Of a stretch of DNA of 64,000 bases, positions 1-9,707 are shown in pieces. Both the position numbers and the translations under genes were made by a program. The stretch is taken from positions 1 to 64,000 of the forward strand of contig JAEZLD010000048.1 in NCBI GenBank assembly GCA_023415335.1. Direction: 5' to 3'. Under the pieces are notes generated by a model. That model had not been told where the DNA came from, searched no databases, and saw only the letters and a program-made list of their open reading frames with translations. Position 1 is the first letter of the stretch; each line of letters begins with the position of its first letter. This stretch comes from Bacillota bacterium (GTDB lineage Bacteria > Bacillota > Clostridia > Clostridiales > Caloramatoraceae).

Positions 1-127
1 TAATAATCACTATGCCCTGTGATTTAAATAAATTGGGCGTGCTCAGCTTTAACTTATAAATACAATCAAAGGACGTGGTAAAAATGGCTCGTAACAGAGA
101 AAAAAACATCAATCATTAATTCATCAG

Positions 128-1029
128 GTGGAAATGAAATTAAAGTCAAGAATGGCAATCGGTCATTCAAAATATGATGACCAGAAGTCGGAACGTGCAC
201 TATTGAAAGAAAAGCGGAAAAAGGATTCGAAAGCAATGCTAAGTTATCAAGAACGTATTTCCATCCATAAGATTTATACTTGGAGTACCTTTCAGGATTA
301 TCAGAAACATGCCTGTTACTTTGTTAAATGGTGTAAGGAACGTTATGGATGCAGGATACTTTCCGAGTGCAGGCAGTATGTAGATGAATGGCTTAAGGAA
401 AGGGCTGTGCTGGCTCCTCATTCTCAGAAGCTGGAAGCATGTTCACTAGCGAAGGTTTTTGACTGTACGACAGAGGATTTTATTAAAACAGCAGTACGAC
501 ATAGGTCTGGTATTACAAGAAGTCGGAAAGCTGCAAAACGTGATAAGAATTTCTCTGAATCAAAGAATAAGGAATTCATAGAATTCTGTAAAGCCACTGG
601 ATTACGTAAAAAAGAATTGAAATGTTTAAGGGGTACACAATTAGTCTTTAAGAACGGAATTTATTACATAGCTGCTACCAGTGGTGCCAAAGGTGGCAGA
701 CACCGTGAATCCCCTATCATTTCAAATGTTGATGCAATTGTAAATCGAATGAAGGAAGCCGGAATCTGTTTACACAATCCAATGGTCAAAGAATGACCAG
801 CAGAAGCTTCAATTATTGGCTAAAGAAGTATTGCAGGGATGCCGGCGTAACTTTCAAGAGTAGTCACTGTATTCGCAGAACATTTGCCAGTAGACTGTTT
901 GCTGCAGGGATGCCATTAGATGAAATCAGTGTTTATCTAGGTCATCAGGATATCGAAACAACCAAAGGATACATCTACAATTACCATGAAATCGAACAAA
1001 ACCGTTCCTACATGAACAAAGCCTTATAA
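128..1029 (+). pseudogene. Tyrosine recombinase/phage-type integrase, frameshifted near 793 (ORFs 128-796 and 793-1029)
   Basis: The N-part carries box I 'ATGLRKKEL'. The C-part carries 'HCIRRTFA' (HxxR) and 'LGHQDIETTKGYIY' (catalytic Tyr). The two ORFs sit in different frames and overlap by 4 nt. Confidence 0.7.
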
Positions 1030-1176
1030 CCAGTTGAGCACGTAAAAGGATGTTGCACACATCTGCACACATGATTATGGGCAAGAAAAAAGAGAAAACA
1101 CAGATAATATCTAGGTTTTCTCCTCTAATTAATTAAGCACGAGACGGGATACATTCCACTCCCCCAGCCATTATTT

Positions 1177-2280
1177 TTACGCTTTCCTATTTCCCATAAG
1201 GCTCATCAGCTGGGAAAGAAGGTCTCCATTACCGCTTAGGTTAATACTCCCCACATTCTCACAGATGCGCTCCACATACTCAAGCTCCTTCAGCTTGTAT
1301 AGTGTCTGGTTCTCCTCCATAAGCCTGGCTGTGTTCAGCAGTGATCTTGTGGAAGCAACCTCCTCACGGCGGGTAATGACGTTTGCCTGTGCCCGCTTTT
1401 CAGCCACAAGCACGGTGTTCATAATGTCACGGATTTCACCGGGAAGGATAATATCCTTTACGCCGGCATCCATAATCTCCACAAACAACGCCTTTTCCTT
1501 CTCCTTCAGGCAGTCAAAAACGTATTTTGACATTTCATCCTTGTTTGAGAGAATATCATCAAGCTTATATTTGCCCACATAATCCCGCAGTGCAAGCTGG
1601 GCCGCAACGTGCATCTGCTCGGCATAGTCATCAATCTCTGTCAGTATCCTTACATAATCGGTTATGCGGTAATTGCAGACAAAATTGATTCTAAGGGATA
1701 CCTTATCCTGGGTCATAATCTCCTGTCCCGTAATATCCATCTGAGTCAGTCTTGTATCAACAAAGCTTACGTCCACCCGGATATTGTTTTTCCAAAAGTA
1801 GTACGTACCTGCATCAAGAATGCGAACCAGCCTCTGGTTGAAATACAGACGTGCCTTCTGGTACTCTGCCACCTGGACCTTTGTATAAAGCATGGAAGGC
1901 AGCTTTTCAAATATGTATTCTGGAACGTCTTCGGATACCTCTGGAGAGGATATATCTACAATTTTATATTCATGCTTATCAATAACAGACCAGAATGCAT
2001 ATTTTCCGTGTCTGAGGGCACCGGCAAACTTTCCGTTTATAAAATGCAGAGCAAGCTCCTGGTCCCCAGCCTCAACCACGGAGGTTGCCTGATGAATGCT
2101 GTTGTCTGAAAGCAGGGTGTCCAAAGCGCACCTGCCTGATGTCAAAGGATGATCCATCTGTACTATTTCAATTTCCCTGTCTCCAAAGAGACGGTATTTT
2201 CCTGCCCCAAGCAACTTAACAAATTTACCGTTCTTGAACAAAAAACCCTTCTGATTTTCATTAATGATTACCTTTTTCAT
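1177..2280 (-). CDS. SPFH/band-7 (stomatin/prohibitin-like) domain protein with an N-terminal extension
   Basis: The C-terminal half has a typical SPFH core and coiled-coil tail ('...VLVAEKRAQANVITRREEVASTRSLLNTARLMEENQ...'). It is a 367-aa ORF with coherent codon usage. Confidence 0.7.
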   Translation of the reverse strand: MKKVIINENQKGFLFKNGKFVKLLGAGKYRLFGDREIEIVQMDHPLTSGRCALDTLLSDNSIHQATSVVEAGDQELALHFINGKFAGALRHGKYAFWSVIDKHEYKIVDISSPEVSEDVPEYIFEKLPSMLYTKVQVAEYQKARLYFNQRLVRILDAGTYYFWKNNIRVDVSFVDTRLTQMDITGQEIMTQDKVSLRINFVCNYRITDYVRILTEIDDYAEQMHVAAQLALRDYVGKYKLDDILSNKDEMSKYVFDCLKEKEKALFVEIMDAGVKDIILPGEIRDIMNTVLVAEKRAQANVITRREEVASTRSLLNTARLMEENQTLYKLKELEYVERICENVGSINLSGNGDLLSQLMSLMGNRKA

Positions 2281-2579
2281 ATTCTAAAACCTCCTGGGGT
2301 TAATAATCGATTTACAGCTATCCCTATTCATAAGGCGGCTGAAGCCTTGAGCATATGGATCAAAGGGCGGGAAGCAGATCTGGCCTTCATCTCCTCTATG
2401 CGGTATCCGGTCCCGGACAAAGCCTTATGCCCAGTGCTCCGGGTCCGTCACGCATCCAAAGGATGCATGACGGGTCCCATTGCCAGATAGCTGTATTCTG
2501 TTTGCTTACTTACATCTTTTTAGATGCAGTTTCTCGCCGTTTTTACGGCGCTTACCATACCACTGGCCACACGCTTTAA

Positions 2580-2640
2580 GACGTAGGGTAGGATTCGAAC
2601 CTACCATATAAGGGGAGCTCATCCCCGTCGTTTACACGAC
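2580..2640 (-). other. tRNA-Tyr(GTA) 3'-half remnant (anticodon loop to 3' end), an att-like scar
   Basis: The minus strand reads gtcgTGTAAAcgac-GGGGAtgagcTCCCC (long variable arm) - GGTAGGTTCGAATCCTACC (T-arm) - CTACGTC (acceptor 3' strand). No matching 5' acceptor or D-arm lies upstream, so it is a fragment and not a gene. Confidence 0.5.
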
Positions 2641-2768
2641 TGCCACGTGCAAGTGACACTTGGCATGCACTTTGGGATTCCCTGGTGCACCGCAGTGAAA
2701 GCTTATCAGACACCCGCTTAAGTGACCTTGCAAGTATAGAATACAAAAAAACATTCCTCTTATCACGG

Positions 2769-2801
2769 AAAAAAAGCTGCGAACTCATCACAGCTCACAG
2801 C
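2769..2801 (-). terminator. Rho-independent terminator of the WYL-pair operon (stop codon sits in the loop)
   Basis: The minus strand reads GCTGTGAGC-tgtgatga-GTTCGCAGC followed by TTTTTTT. Confidence 0.5.
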
Positions 2802-3699
2802 TTTTCTGCATTTTCAAACGTTCCTTTATCAGCTTCACAAAGTATTCCGGGCCTGCCACCTTGATGAAGGGGCCAAAGGATAGCACCCGTATAACCATTT
2901 CCGTTTCGTCGTCCCTGTTGTACCTTATCGTCATCCTATAGTGCTTATCATCAATCCGCTCAGCCTCTTTTTTAAAATGGGCAAAATGGAGCATTACACG
3001 TTCCAGGGCATTCCTCTCATCCACCAGCTCAAGGATTAAGCTTCTCATTTTTATGGGGTTAGGATTTTTATGTGGGGTGAAGCTTTTTCCCGAATACGGC
3101 TTACATGAAATAATCCTTCCAAGGTTAATTGTCTTTCCGTACCTGCAGCCAGACGTAAAAAGCCGGAACTTATCATCCTTTTCCGAATACTCCAGGTATT
3201 CAGGAAAAGCATTTAAATATGTCTGATTCCCCTTACGGTTTAATACGCTAATGCTGAGGGCATAATGATGCTCAATTGCATGGAGAATCAGCCTGAAGTT
3301 TTGGATATAATCCTCATCTGAAAAATCATCTCCATCAGCGTACTTGTCAAATATATAAATGTCCTCCGGAGTAAATAATGGCTCAACGTCGTCAGCATTT
3401 GGTAGCTCCTCGTTGAACAGCCTTATTCTTGGGTCCTGTGCTATTGCCTTTATCCACCTTTTCTGCAATGTGGTAAGTGGCATGTTTGGAGCATGCCTGA
3501 GCAGTGCACATCCATCCGGTTTTATCAGCTGCCATTTCCCTTCCTTCAGCGCAGGCTCAATAGCAAGAATACTCTCATGGAATGCATATTCTTCTATTAT
3601 CCCCCTCATCTCATTTGTCGTAAGGGGATGCTCCGCTGCCACCTTAAGGATTTTTAAAACTGTATTATAATAGGCTCCGTAGATTTCGCTGAAAATCAC
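2788..3699 (-). CDS. WYL-like domain protein (second gene of a pair)
   Basis: It carries a WYL-type motif 'KFRLFTSGCRYGKTINLGRII'. It overlaps the upstream WYL gene by 4 nt. Confidence 0.55.
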   Translation of the reverse strand: MIFSEIYGAYYNTVLKILKVAAEHPLTTNEMRGIIEEYAFHESILAIEPALKEGKWQLIKPDGCALLRHAPNMPLTTLQKRWIKAIAQDPRIRLFNEELPNADDVEPLFTPEDIYIFDKYADGDDFSDEDYIQNFRLILHAIEHHYALSISVLNRKGNQTYLNAFPEYLEYSEKDDKFRLFTSGCRYGKTINLGRIISCKPYSGKSFTPHKNPNPIKMRSLILELVDERNALERVMLHFAHFKKEAERIDDKHYRMTIRYNRDDETEMVIRVLSFGPFIKVAGPEYFVKLIKERLKMQKSCEL

Positions 3700-4937
3700 T
3701 TTTCACCGCCTCCATCCAGGCCATACAGGCGATACATGTCTTCAATATCTTCCTTAAACTGCCTCTCTAATACCTTATTGGAAAAATTAATATAGATTAT
3801 GCGGCATATGAATGTCCTGATCCAAGGTATCAGCTCGCTGGTGTCGTATACATCTGCAGTAAACCGGCTGGTGCAGCTGTCAAGCCTTTCAACACATCCG
3901 CAGCGCTTTTCCCTCTCAAGCCTTCGGTGGATATGCCCCTCGCCTTCACCATACCTTACTGTAAATTCAACGTGCTCCATTCTTGATGAGCTTCCCTGGG
4001 TGCTGACTCCCCACATATGCTTCTGCATGCTGTCAAGCATACTGCGCAGCTCATCAAAGCGCACACAGGGCTCTCCCTTCCTAACCGATAAGATATTATC
4101 CAGACGGAAGGATGTGATTCTTCTATATTCAGGACAATAGGCCATAAGGTACTGTCGTCCACTCTGCACGCTTATCAGTATCCTTAAAGGAATGGCATTA
4201 ACCTCTGACGTCCGTTCCTTATTCCTATTCAAAACAGTGAGCGAAGCATCCCTCTTCTGATGCATTACATCAAACAGGGAGCAGAGAATCCCGCTGTCAA
4301 GTGAATCGGTTATGTAATGATGCTTAAAAGCAAAGCTGTCCTCATGTGCTTCAAGCCTGTCCAGCAGAAAGGAGCCAATTACTCCGCAGGGTGCAGCCTC
4401 CGAGAAAAAATCAAGGGTACTTTCGCAGTGAAGCTCACTCATTTCTGCCCGTCTGTAGAGTACTATCTTTCCTTGCTTTTCACTGCAGACCAGCCCCTCA
4501 GATACGTATTCCTTCAGCTTTTTTCTTATTGTGGATTCATCAAAGGTCTTAGGCTCCTGAAACACAGAAAGATACTCGTCAATTTTTTCTGTAATTTCAT
4601 TCAGCGAATACACTTCCTCAGGTGAGGATAAAATATCAAACAATATAAAGTGCAGCGTTATATCTCCATCTGTAAAGCTCTTTGCCTTCCATGCCTTGTA
4701 AAGTGGATTATGGCAGGAAACACGGCTGTCAATTGCAATGAAAATGTTCTTTCCCTCTGGCGTCTGCCGGAAGCCCATATAATCCCCAAGCCAGCTTTCA
4801 ATACGCCGGCGTTCATCGTCATAAGACCTGGAACTCTTTCTATCAAACTCATCCCTGCTTTTAAAGCCGTAGACATAGAACTCACGCATATAGTCCCGTA
4901 TATGTTCAAAATTCTTGATCAGTTCCTTGTATGCCAT
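3696..4937 (-). CDS. HTH + WYL domain transcriptional-regulator-like protein
   Basis: It has a clear WYL signature 'GRQYLMAYCPEYRRITSFRLDNILSV' (YL...R.FRLDRI). It is translationally coupled to the downstream paralogue-like gene. Confidence 0.65.
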   Translation of the reverse strand: MAYKELIKNFEHIRDYMREFYVYGFKSRDEFDRKSSRSYDDERRRIESWLGDYMGFRQTPEGKNIFIAIDSRVSCHNPLYKAWKAKSFTDGDITLHFILFDILSSPEEVYSLNEITEKIDEYLSVFQEPKTFDESTIRKKLKEYVSEGLVCSEKQGKIVLYRRAEMSELHCESTLDFFSEAAPCGVIGSFLLDRLEAHEDSFAFKHHYITDSLDSGILCSLFDVMHQKRDASLTVLNRNKERTSEVNAIPLRILISVQSGRQYLMAYCPEYRRITSFRLDNILSVRKGEPCVRFDELRSMLDSMQKHMWGVSTQGSSSRMEHVEFTVRYGEGEGHIHRRLEREKRCGCVERLDSCTSRFTADVYDTSELIPWIRTFICRIIYINFSNKVLERQFKEDIEDMYRLYGLDGGGEK

Positions 4938-5147
4938 GACCCCACTTCCTTGTATAAGCTTAATTGTTTTTTATAAACAGAGCTTCATATTTGCAGATTA
5001 TCTATTGCTTTAAAGTTATGTTTCCTTTTGCATTTATTAGTGTGAATTACTGCCTTATAATTATTATAGTAATAGCATGTTTGTTGTGCAAGAAGAGCCT
5101 GTATCCCATAGTCCTCTTTCTTTTCTTCTGCAATTTAGTATTTCCGG

Positions 5148-5843
5148 CTAATTCCAGGGCTTCACTCCATTCAGCCATCCCATGTCCATCCAGTACTCCT
5201 TTTCTGCTGGAGAAGCCCCCCAGTCAGCCTTCTGCATTCCTCCGAAAAGCCAGAATAGAAATCGTGTCTTAAGTCCTGCATGCACCTTTTTATTTTTGGA
5301 AAGCCTGTCTGCTATCTTGTTAATATCCTTTTCTATCTTGTTTTTTTTCTTTTCAGGAACCATTCTCCAGTTCATTGCATTAACGGCAATGCCGTACCTT
5401 GACACCTGAGGAATGCCCCAGTTCTTAAGATTGCTTACCACCAATTTTGCTGCCTTACCCGCACCAGCCCCAGCTGTAGTAGATATTACTATGGCTCTCT
5501 TTTTAAACATTTCCTTGTACGGCTTGTGTGTCATCCAGTTTGTAAAGAACAAATCCAGAAATGCTTTCATTGATGCTGATGGCATCATGCAGTAATTGGG
5601 GGTTGTAAAAACGAGAAGATCCGCTTCAAGCATGGAATTGATAATTATTTCTTTATCACTCCAGAAAGGACAATTTTCACGCTGTTCCAGACATGCATAG
5701 CATCCCAGGCAAAAATGGTTCAAATCCCTGGGAAGGAAGAATTCACGGACCTGTTTTTCTCCCTGTATTTTCTCAACCAGAGCATTGCCAATATGCCAGG
5801 TGCTTCCTTTGTGGTTTTGCCCGTTTATAATAGTAATCTTCAT
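5148..5843 (-). CDS. Flavodoxin-like / NAD(P)H-dependent FMN reductase family protein (iron-sulfur flavoprotein-like)
   Basis: 'MKITIINGQNHKGSTWHIG' shows a flavodoxin-like nucleotide-binding fold, followed by a Cys pair 'CLGCYAC'. Confidence 0.65.
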   Translation of the reverse strand: MKITIINGQNHKGSTWHIGNALVEKIQGEKQVREFFLPRDLNHFCLGCYACLEQRENCPFWSDKEIIINSMLEADLLVFTTPNYCMMPSASMKAFLDLFFTNWMTHKPYKEMFKKRAIVISTTAGAGAGKAAKLVVSNLKNWGIPQVSRYGIAVNAMNWRMVPEKKKNKIEKDINKIADRLSKNKKVHAGLKTRFLFWLFGGMQKADWGASPAEKEYWMDMGWLNGVKPWN

Positions 5844-5933
5844 CTCTGCCCCTCCTATAAATTTATAATCCTCTCTCTGTCATGTAGCCCACTTACTTAA
5901 CTTACCAAAAGAAATCCTTTAGGTAATTGTTCT

Positions 5934-6305
5934 TCATTGGGTAATCTCCAGATTACCTTCAGCTTCAGCCACCTTCCGGATGAATCCAAACAAAAGCAGG
6001 AGCGACAGCACCATGCATATGGCTTCTTCTGCCGGCTGGGCATGGATAAGACCATAATAGCCCCAAATTCGGTTAAAAATCAGCAGGAATGGAATATAGA
6101 GAACCAGCTGCCTCACAGCGGTGATTGTAAATGCATACATTGCCTTTCCTATGGCATCGAAGGTATTTCTCGCAATGGAGACCGTCCCAACAAAAGGGAG
6201 CATCAGCATAAATGCACGGAGTGTTTTAGCTCCTATTGAGATAACCTCCTCTGACTCTGAGAAGATACCTATAAGGCCAGGGGCAAATACGCCTGATATA
6301 CCCAT
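5934..6305 (-). pseudogene. C-terminal fragment of a MATE-family efflux transporter (truncated)
   Basis: Only 123 aa are present, covering the last 3-4 TM helices of a MATE-like protein. The fragment is overlapped by the flavodoxin ORF upstream and has no N-terminal part. Confidence 0.5.
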
Positions 6306-6625
6306 AATAGCAGTTTCTCTGCACCCTTGGCCTTAGCTATCTGCTCCATTGCATTAGTATAGACTCTTTGTTTCATGCCACAAGTATAGATAAAGAATAC
6401 CCTTTTTCCTTCAGGAAGGTTTGCTTCGGCAAACTTCAATATGCATTCCTGCATTTTCCCAAAATAAATTCCAGAAGCAAATCCGATCAAGTCATATCCA
6501 GACAGCTTGGCTTCTTTTACTGCAGTGACATCAATCAAATCAACATCATATGCCTCTTTTATGGCATGAAGAACCTTCTTCGTGTTGCCGTGATGCCTTG
6601 AATAGTAGACAATAGCTGTTTTCAT
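6269..6625 (-). CDS. Flavodoxin family protein
   Basis: It has a 'MKTAIVYYSRHHGNTKKV' flavodoxin N-terminus. An AGGAGG RBS lies 8 nt upstream. Confidence 0.6.
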   Translation of the reverse strand: MKTAIVYYSRHHGNTKKVLHAIKEAYDVDLIDVTAVKEAKLSGYDLIGFASGIYFGKMQECILKFAEANLPEGKRVFFIYTCGMKQRVYTNAMEQIAKAKGAEKLLLWVYQAYLPLAL

Positions 6626-6647
6626 ACTTACCTCCTAAAATCAGAAT

Positions 6648-6818
6648 TTAATGCTCTCTCTTTTCTCTCCGTTCAGCTCTCCTCTCCTCCTTCTGATCTT
6701 TTCTTTCACACGAAGTTAAAGGCTTTCTTAAGGATGTATGATGATGCTCTCTGCAGGCTTCACAATCCCCGTGCCTTTCACATTTAACCCTTTTGCATGG
6801 ACAATCTGTATTAATCAT
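6648..6818 (-). CDS. Small (56 aa) Cys/His-rich protein (CPCx4CxRHGDCxxCxxHHH) that the ORF track missed
   Basis: The manual translation is MINTDCPCKRVKCERHGDCEACREHHHTSLRKPLTSCERKDQKEERRAERREKREH. An AAGGTG RBS lies 8 nt upstream. The gene sits directly upstream of the flavodoxin gene. Confidence 0.45.
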   Translation of the reverse strand: MINTDCPCKRVKCERHGDCEACREHHHTSLRKPLTSCERKDQKEERRAERREKREH

Positions 6819-7357
6819 ATTTTACACCTTCAAGTTTTATATATCATTCATTATTATTTTTTAGAACCCCCTACCTTATAGACACGGCATTCATTACTAT
6901 AAATTTTACAGTTTTCATCTACTGCAGCCTTTTCCAGATAGATAACACCTTCGGTATTATCTTTGGAAGCCTCAGCGCCGTATACAACAGCAGCTTCCTT
7001 CTCATCCTCACCGAAAACCTTCAGAACGGTTTCCTTATTTCCTACACACTTAGTAACTAAATTTCCTCTGTGTCATGATTACACACTCCTATAAAAATAT
7101 TCCTACAAGAGCGTATGAAAAAACACACCCATGGCTGCGACAGGTGTGCTGAAATCCTTCATGCTCACCCATCGTTCAAGCCTTAGCACCTTAATCCTTG
7201 GTCAGGTTGCTGTGTGGTCAAGGAGCCTGTCTCTCGCACACTCTTTATAGGTTATTGTAGTATAGTCTTTTTAACTGTTTAAGTCTATATATGGAATTAG
7301 TATTTTTGCGTGCAATAAAGGTCAAGTATACTGCTAGCTGCTGTAACATTTTCATAA

Positions 7358-8917
7358 TCAGTATTTTCTCCTTGCTATATATTTATAAAAGGCATTTTCA
7401 TCAATATCGTAACTGTAGTAATTATATTTATAGTCATCTGGTATACCTTCTGCATATCTACTGGCATATGCCTCCAAAGACACCGCCTTGGACTTATCAT
7501 CTAATTTCAATATATCATCCCCTATGATAGAATCTGAGAATTCCCTCAGTGGATGAATAAGTCCTATTAAAACAGCTCCAATCAGACATATAGTGCAAAG
7601 CTTATATACAGCATTCTTCTTATGAAAGTCAATTGCAGATGCCTTATTCAGATAATCCAGAATCATTACAAGCATTATAAACAGACACGGTATACTGCAT
7701 CTCATGACAAAATCATTATATAAGCCCATATTAAAGAATGGTAATGCGACAAGCTCCACTACTGATATATAAAACAGAGGATTTCTCCTGTTTTGGATAA
7801 ACAAGCACACGGCATAAATTAATACCATTGTAAAAACAAATATAATGTACTTCCACCCATTCCCACCAGAATAATTGATTACAGAAAATTCCAAGGAATC
7901 TGACTTCTCACCGGTGATATTTCCATAAAAATATAAGAGAAGAACTGTTCCGAGAGTAGCGGTTAATGTAATGTTAGGCAGACTAAAGATCTGTTTTATC
8001 CATTTTTTTATATTCTTCTCCTTTAATAACATGTATACCGCCATTGTAAAGGCTGCTGGAAGTATCCCCACAAATGAAAACGTTCCAAACAAAATAGCTG
8101 GGAGCATCAGAGCCACATAATCTTCTATTTTTTCTTTATTCTCAATAAAAAGCAGGACAATAATCCAGATAGCTATCACCTGTGGGAACACCCACCTAAG
8201 CATCGTGTAGTTGCTTGAATATTGCAGACGGATTTCATTTTGATATATGAGCCAATGATATGAAGCTGCGCTGGGTTCTTCCAACGGGTACACAAGCTCT
8301 AAAAGCTTCTGTCCCAGCAAAAGTGGTCCACTAAAAAAACATAACAAAAATACAGTTAACTGCTGCATCCTGGTTGTTCTCACCTTGAGAATTTTTATGA
8401 GGTTTAGAAACACCAGTACAAGTCCTATTTCAGCCCAGACATAATTCACAATTTCAGCCATTCTATATGAGTGAAATATTTTACCAAAAGCAGCAGGCAC
8501 TAAATATTGAGCTATATAGTAGGTAAGCATGGAGTGCTCCTCTATACCCTCCCAAAGACCATTCACATAATATACAGGCCAGGCTTTATTTATAAGATCA
8601 GATAATACTGCATTGTGCTTAAACCAATCACTGGACTGGGATACAAACCTGCCCCATCCTGCATAATATCCTGTCATTAGAAGAAATAAAATAGCTATAA
8701 TCATTATCCAAGGACTTATTCTAAATTCTTGTGTTTTAGAGCCATTTTGCATATTATAATCCTTCAAAATACATCTAATCCCATATGTGGCAGCCAAGAT
8801 ACAAATTACTGCAATGGGTAGCTTTGTCCAGCCCAAAAGAAAAATAATAATCGGTATATAGATATAAGCCATAGAAACATAGAACAAGTTCTTATTTGTT
8901 ACAATCCATTCCCTCAT
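7358..8917 (-). CDS. Polytopic integral membrane protein of unknown function (>=10 TM helices; possibly glycosyltransferase/polymerase-like)
   Basis: The 519-aa ORF is very hydrophobic throughout. I recognise no catalytic motif. Confidence 0.55.
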   Translation of the reverse strand: MREWIVTNKNLFYVSMAYIYIPIIIFLLGWTKLPIAVICILAATYGIRCILKDYNMQNGSKTQEFRISPWIMIIAILFLLMTGYYAGWGRFVSQSSDWFKHNAVLSDLINKAWPVYYVNGLWEGIEEHSMLTYYIAQYLVPAAFGKIFHSYRMAEIVNYVWAEIGLVLVFLNLIKILKVRTTRMQQLTVFLLCFFSGPLLLGQKLLELVYPLEEPSAASYHWLIYQNEIRLQYSSNYTMLRWVFPQVIAIWIIVLLFIENKEKIEDYVALMLPAILFGTFSFVGILPAAFTMAVYMLLKEKNIKKWIKQIFSLPNITLTATLGTVLLLYFYGNITGEKSDSLEFSVINYSGGNGWKYIIFVFTMVLIYAVCLFIQNRRNPLFYISVVELVALPFFNMGLYNDFVMRCSIPCLFIMLVMILDYLNKASAIDFHKKNAVYKLCTICLIGAVLIGLIHPLREFSDSIIGDDILKLDDKSKAVSLEAYASRYAEGIPDDYKYNYYSYDIDENAFYKYIARRKY

Positions 8918-9099
8918 TCAACATTTCCTCCTCATCCATAACGTGTAATTCTATAAAATATCCATCCACACTGAGAAGGATATTTTATTCAACTTATCCA
9001 AATTATAAATTACAAGTTTTACCAGTATTGTATCGTCAATAGTTCTAAAAGTCAATTTATAGGTTATAAACTACGCTTCGCGAACCAACGCAGCGCTAT

Positions 9100-9640
9100 A
9101 TCCGCAAACTGAATCTGGACAACCCTCATCCCCTTCTTCTTCTTATTCTTGCCGCCATTATCTGCACCCTGTATTGGTTCTTCGGTATAGAGAGGCTGCT
9201 TTATTGGTGGAACGGGAGCAAACAGAAGCATAGCCAAGGCTCAGGGTATTAATACTAATTTTAATATTTTTTAGGACTTATGCTTTCCAATGGTCTGGTT
9301 GCTTTGGCAGGTGCACTGCTCAGCCAGTATCAGGGCCCCGTGGATGCCAACATGGGAAGGGGAGCTATTGTAATCGGCCTTGCTGCTGTAACTATAGGCG
9401 AGGTAATATTCGGAAAGGTATTTAAAAATTATGCACTTAAGCTTTCCGGAGTGGTATTATGATCCATTATTTACCATATCGTATTGCAGATTATACTGTA
9501 GCTTGGTCTGAACACCAATGATTTGAAGCTGTTTGCAGCCGTTGCAGTGGCAATTACCCTTACCGTTCCCCACCTTATGGATATGTTCAATTCCATCAGC
9601 GGAAGCACAGCGGCTAACAACAAGCTGTTGCTTGGATGAT
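9100..9640 (+). pseudogene. Remnant of an ABC-transporter permease (BMP/ribose-type), broken across several frames
   Basis: Permease-like segments appear in three frames: 'LLLILAAIICTLYWFFGI', 'LSNGLVALAGALLSQYQGPVDANMGRGAIVIGLAAVTIGEVIFGKVF' and 'LFAAVAVAITLTVPHLMDMF...KLLLG*'. Confidence 0.5.
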
Positions 9641-9655
9641 TTTCTGTTAATATTA

Positions 9656-9686
9656 CAGCCTTCTATGAAAAAACATAGAAGGCTGT
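9656..9686. terminator. 12-bp-stem hairpin terminator (copy 1 of a duplicated 35-nt element)
   Basis: cagccttctatg-aaaaaa-catagaaggctg followed by TTTATTTATT. It lies downstream of deoB (-) and of the permease remnant (+). Confidence 0.6.
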
Positions 9687-9707
9687 TTATTTATTGTATC
9701 ACGTTGG

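Noticed and set aside
128-1029. Programmed ribosomal frameshift in the integrase
   Set aside because: There is no slippery heptamer or downstream structure at the 793 junction. A simple inactivating indel, or a sequencing error, is more parsimonious.
2576-2791. 71-aa ORF on the minus strand
   Set aside because: It spans the tRNA fragment and the terminator hairpin and has no RBS, so I treat it as spurious.
2576-2930. Possible complete tRNA or tmRNA (ssrA) on the minus strand, suggested by the GGTAGGTTCGAATCCTACC T-arm
   Set aside because: No 5' acceptor or D-arm complementary to CTACGTC lies upstream. The anticodon loop is one nt short. The upstream sequence up to 2788 is the 3' end and terminator of a protein gene. 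Only a 3' tRNA-Tyr half is present.
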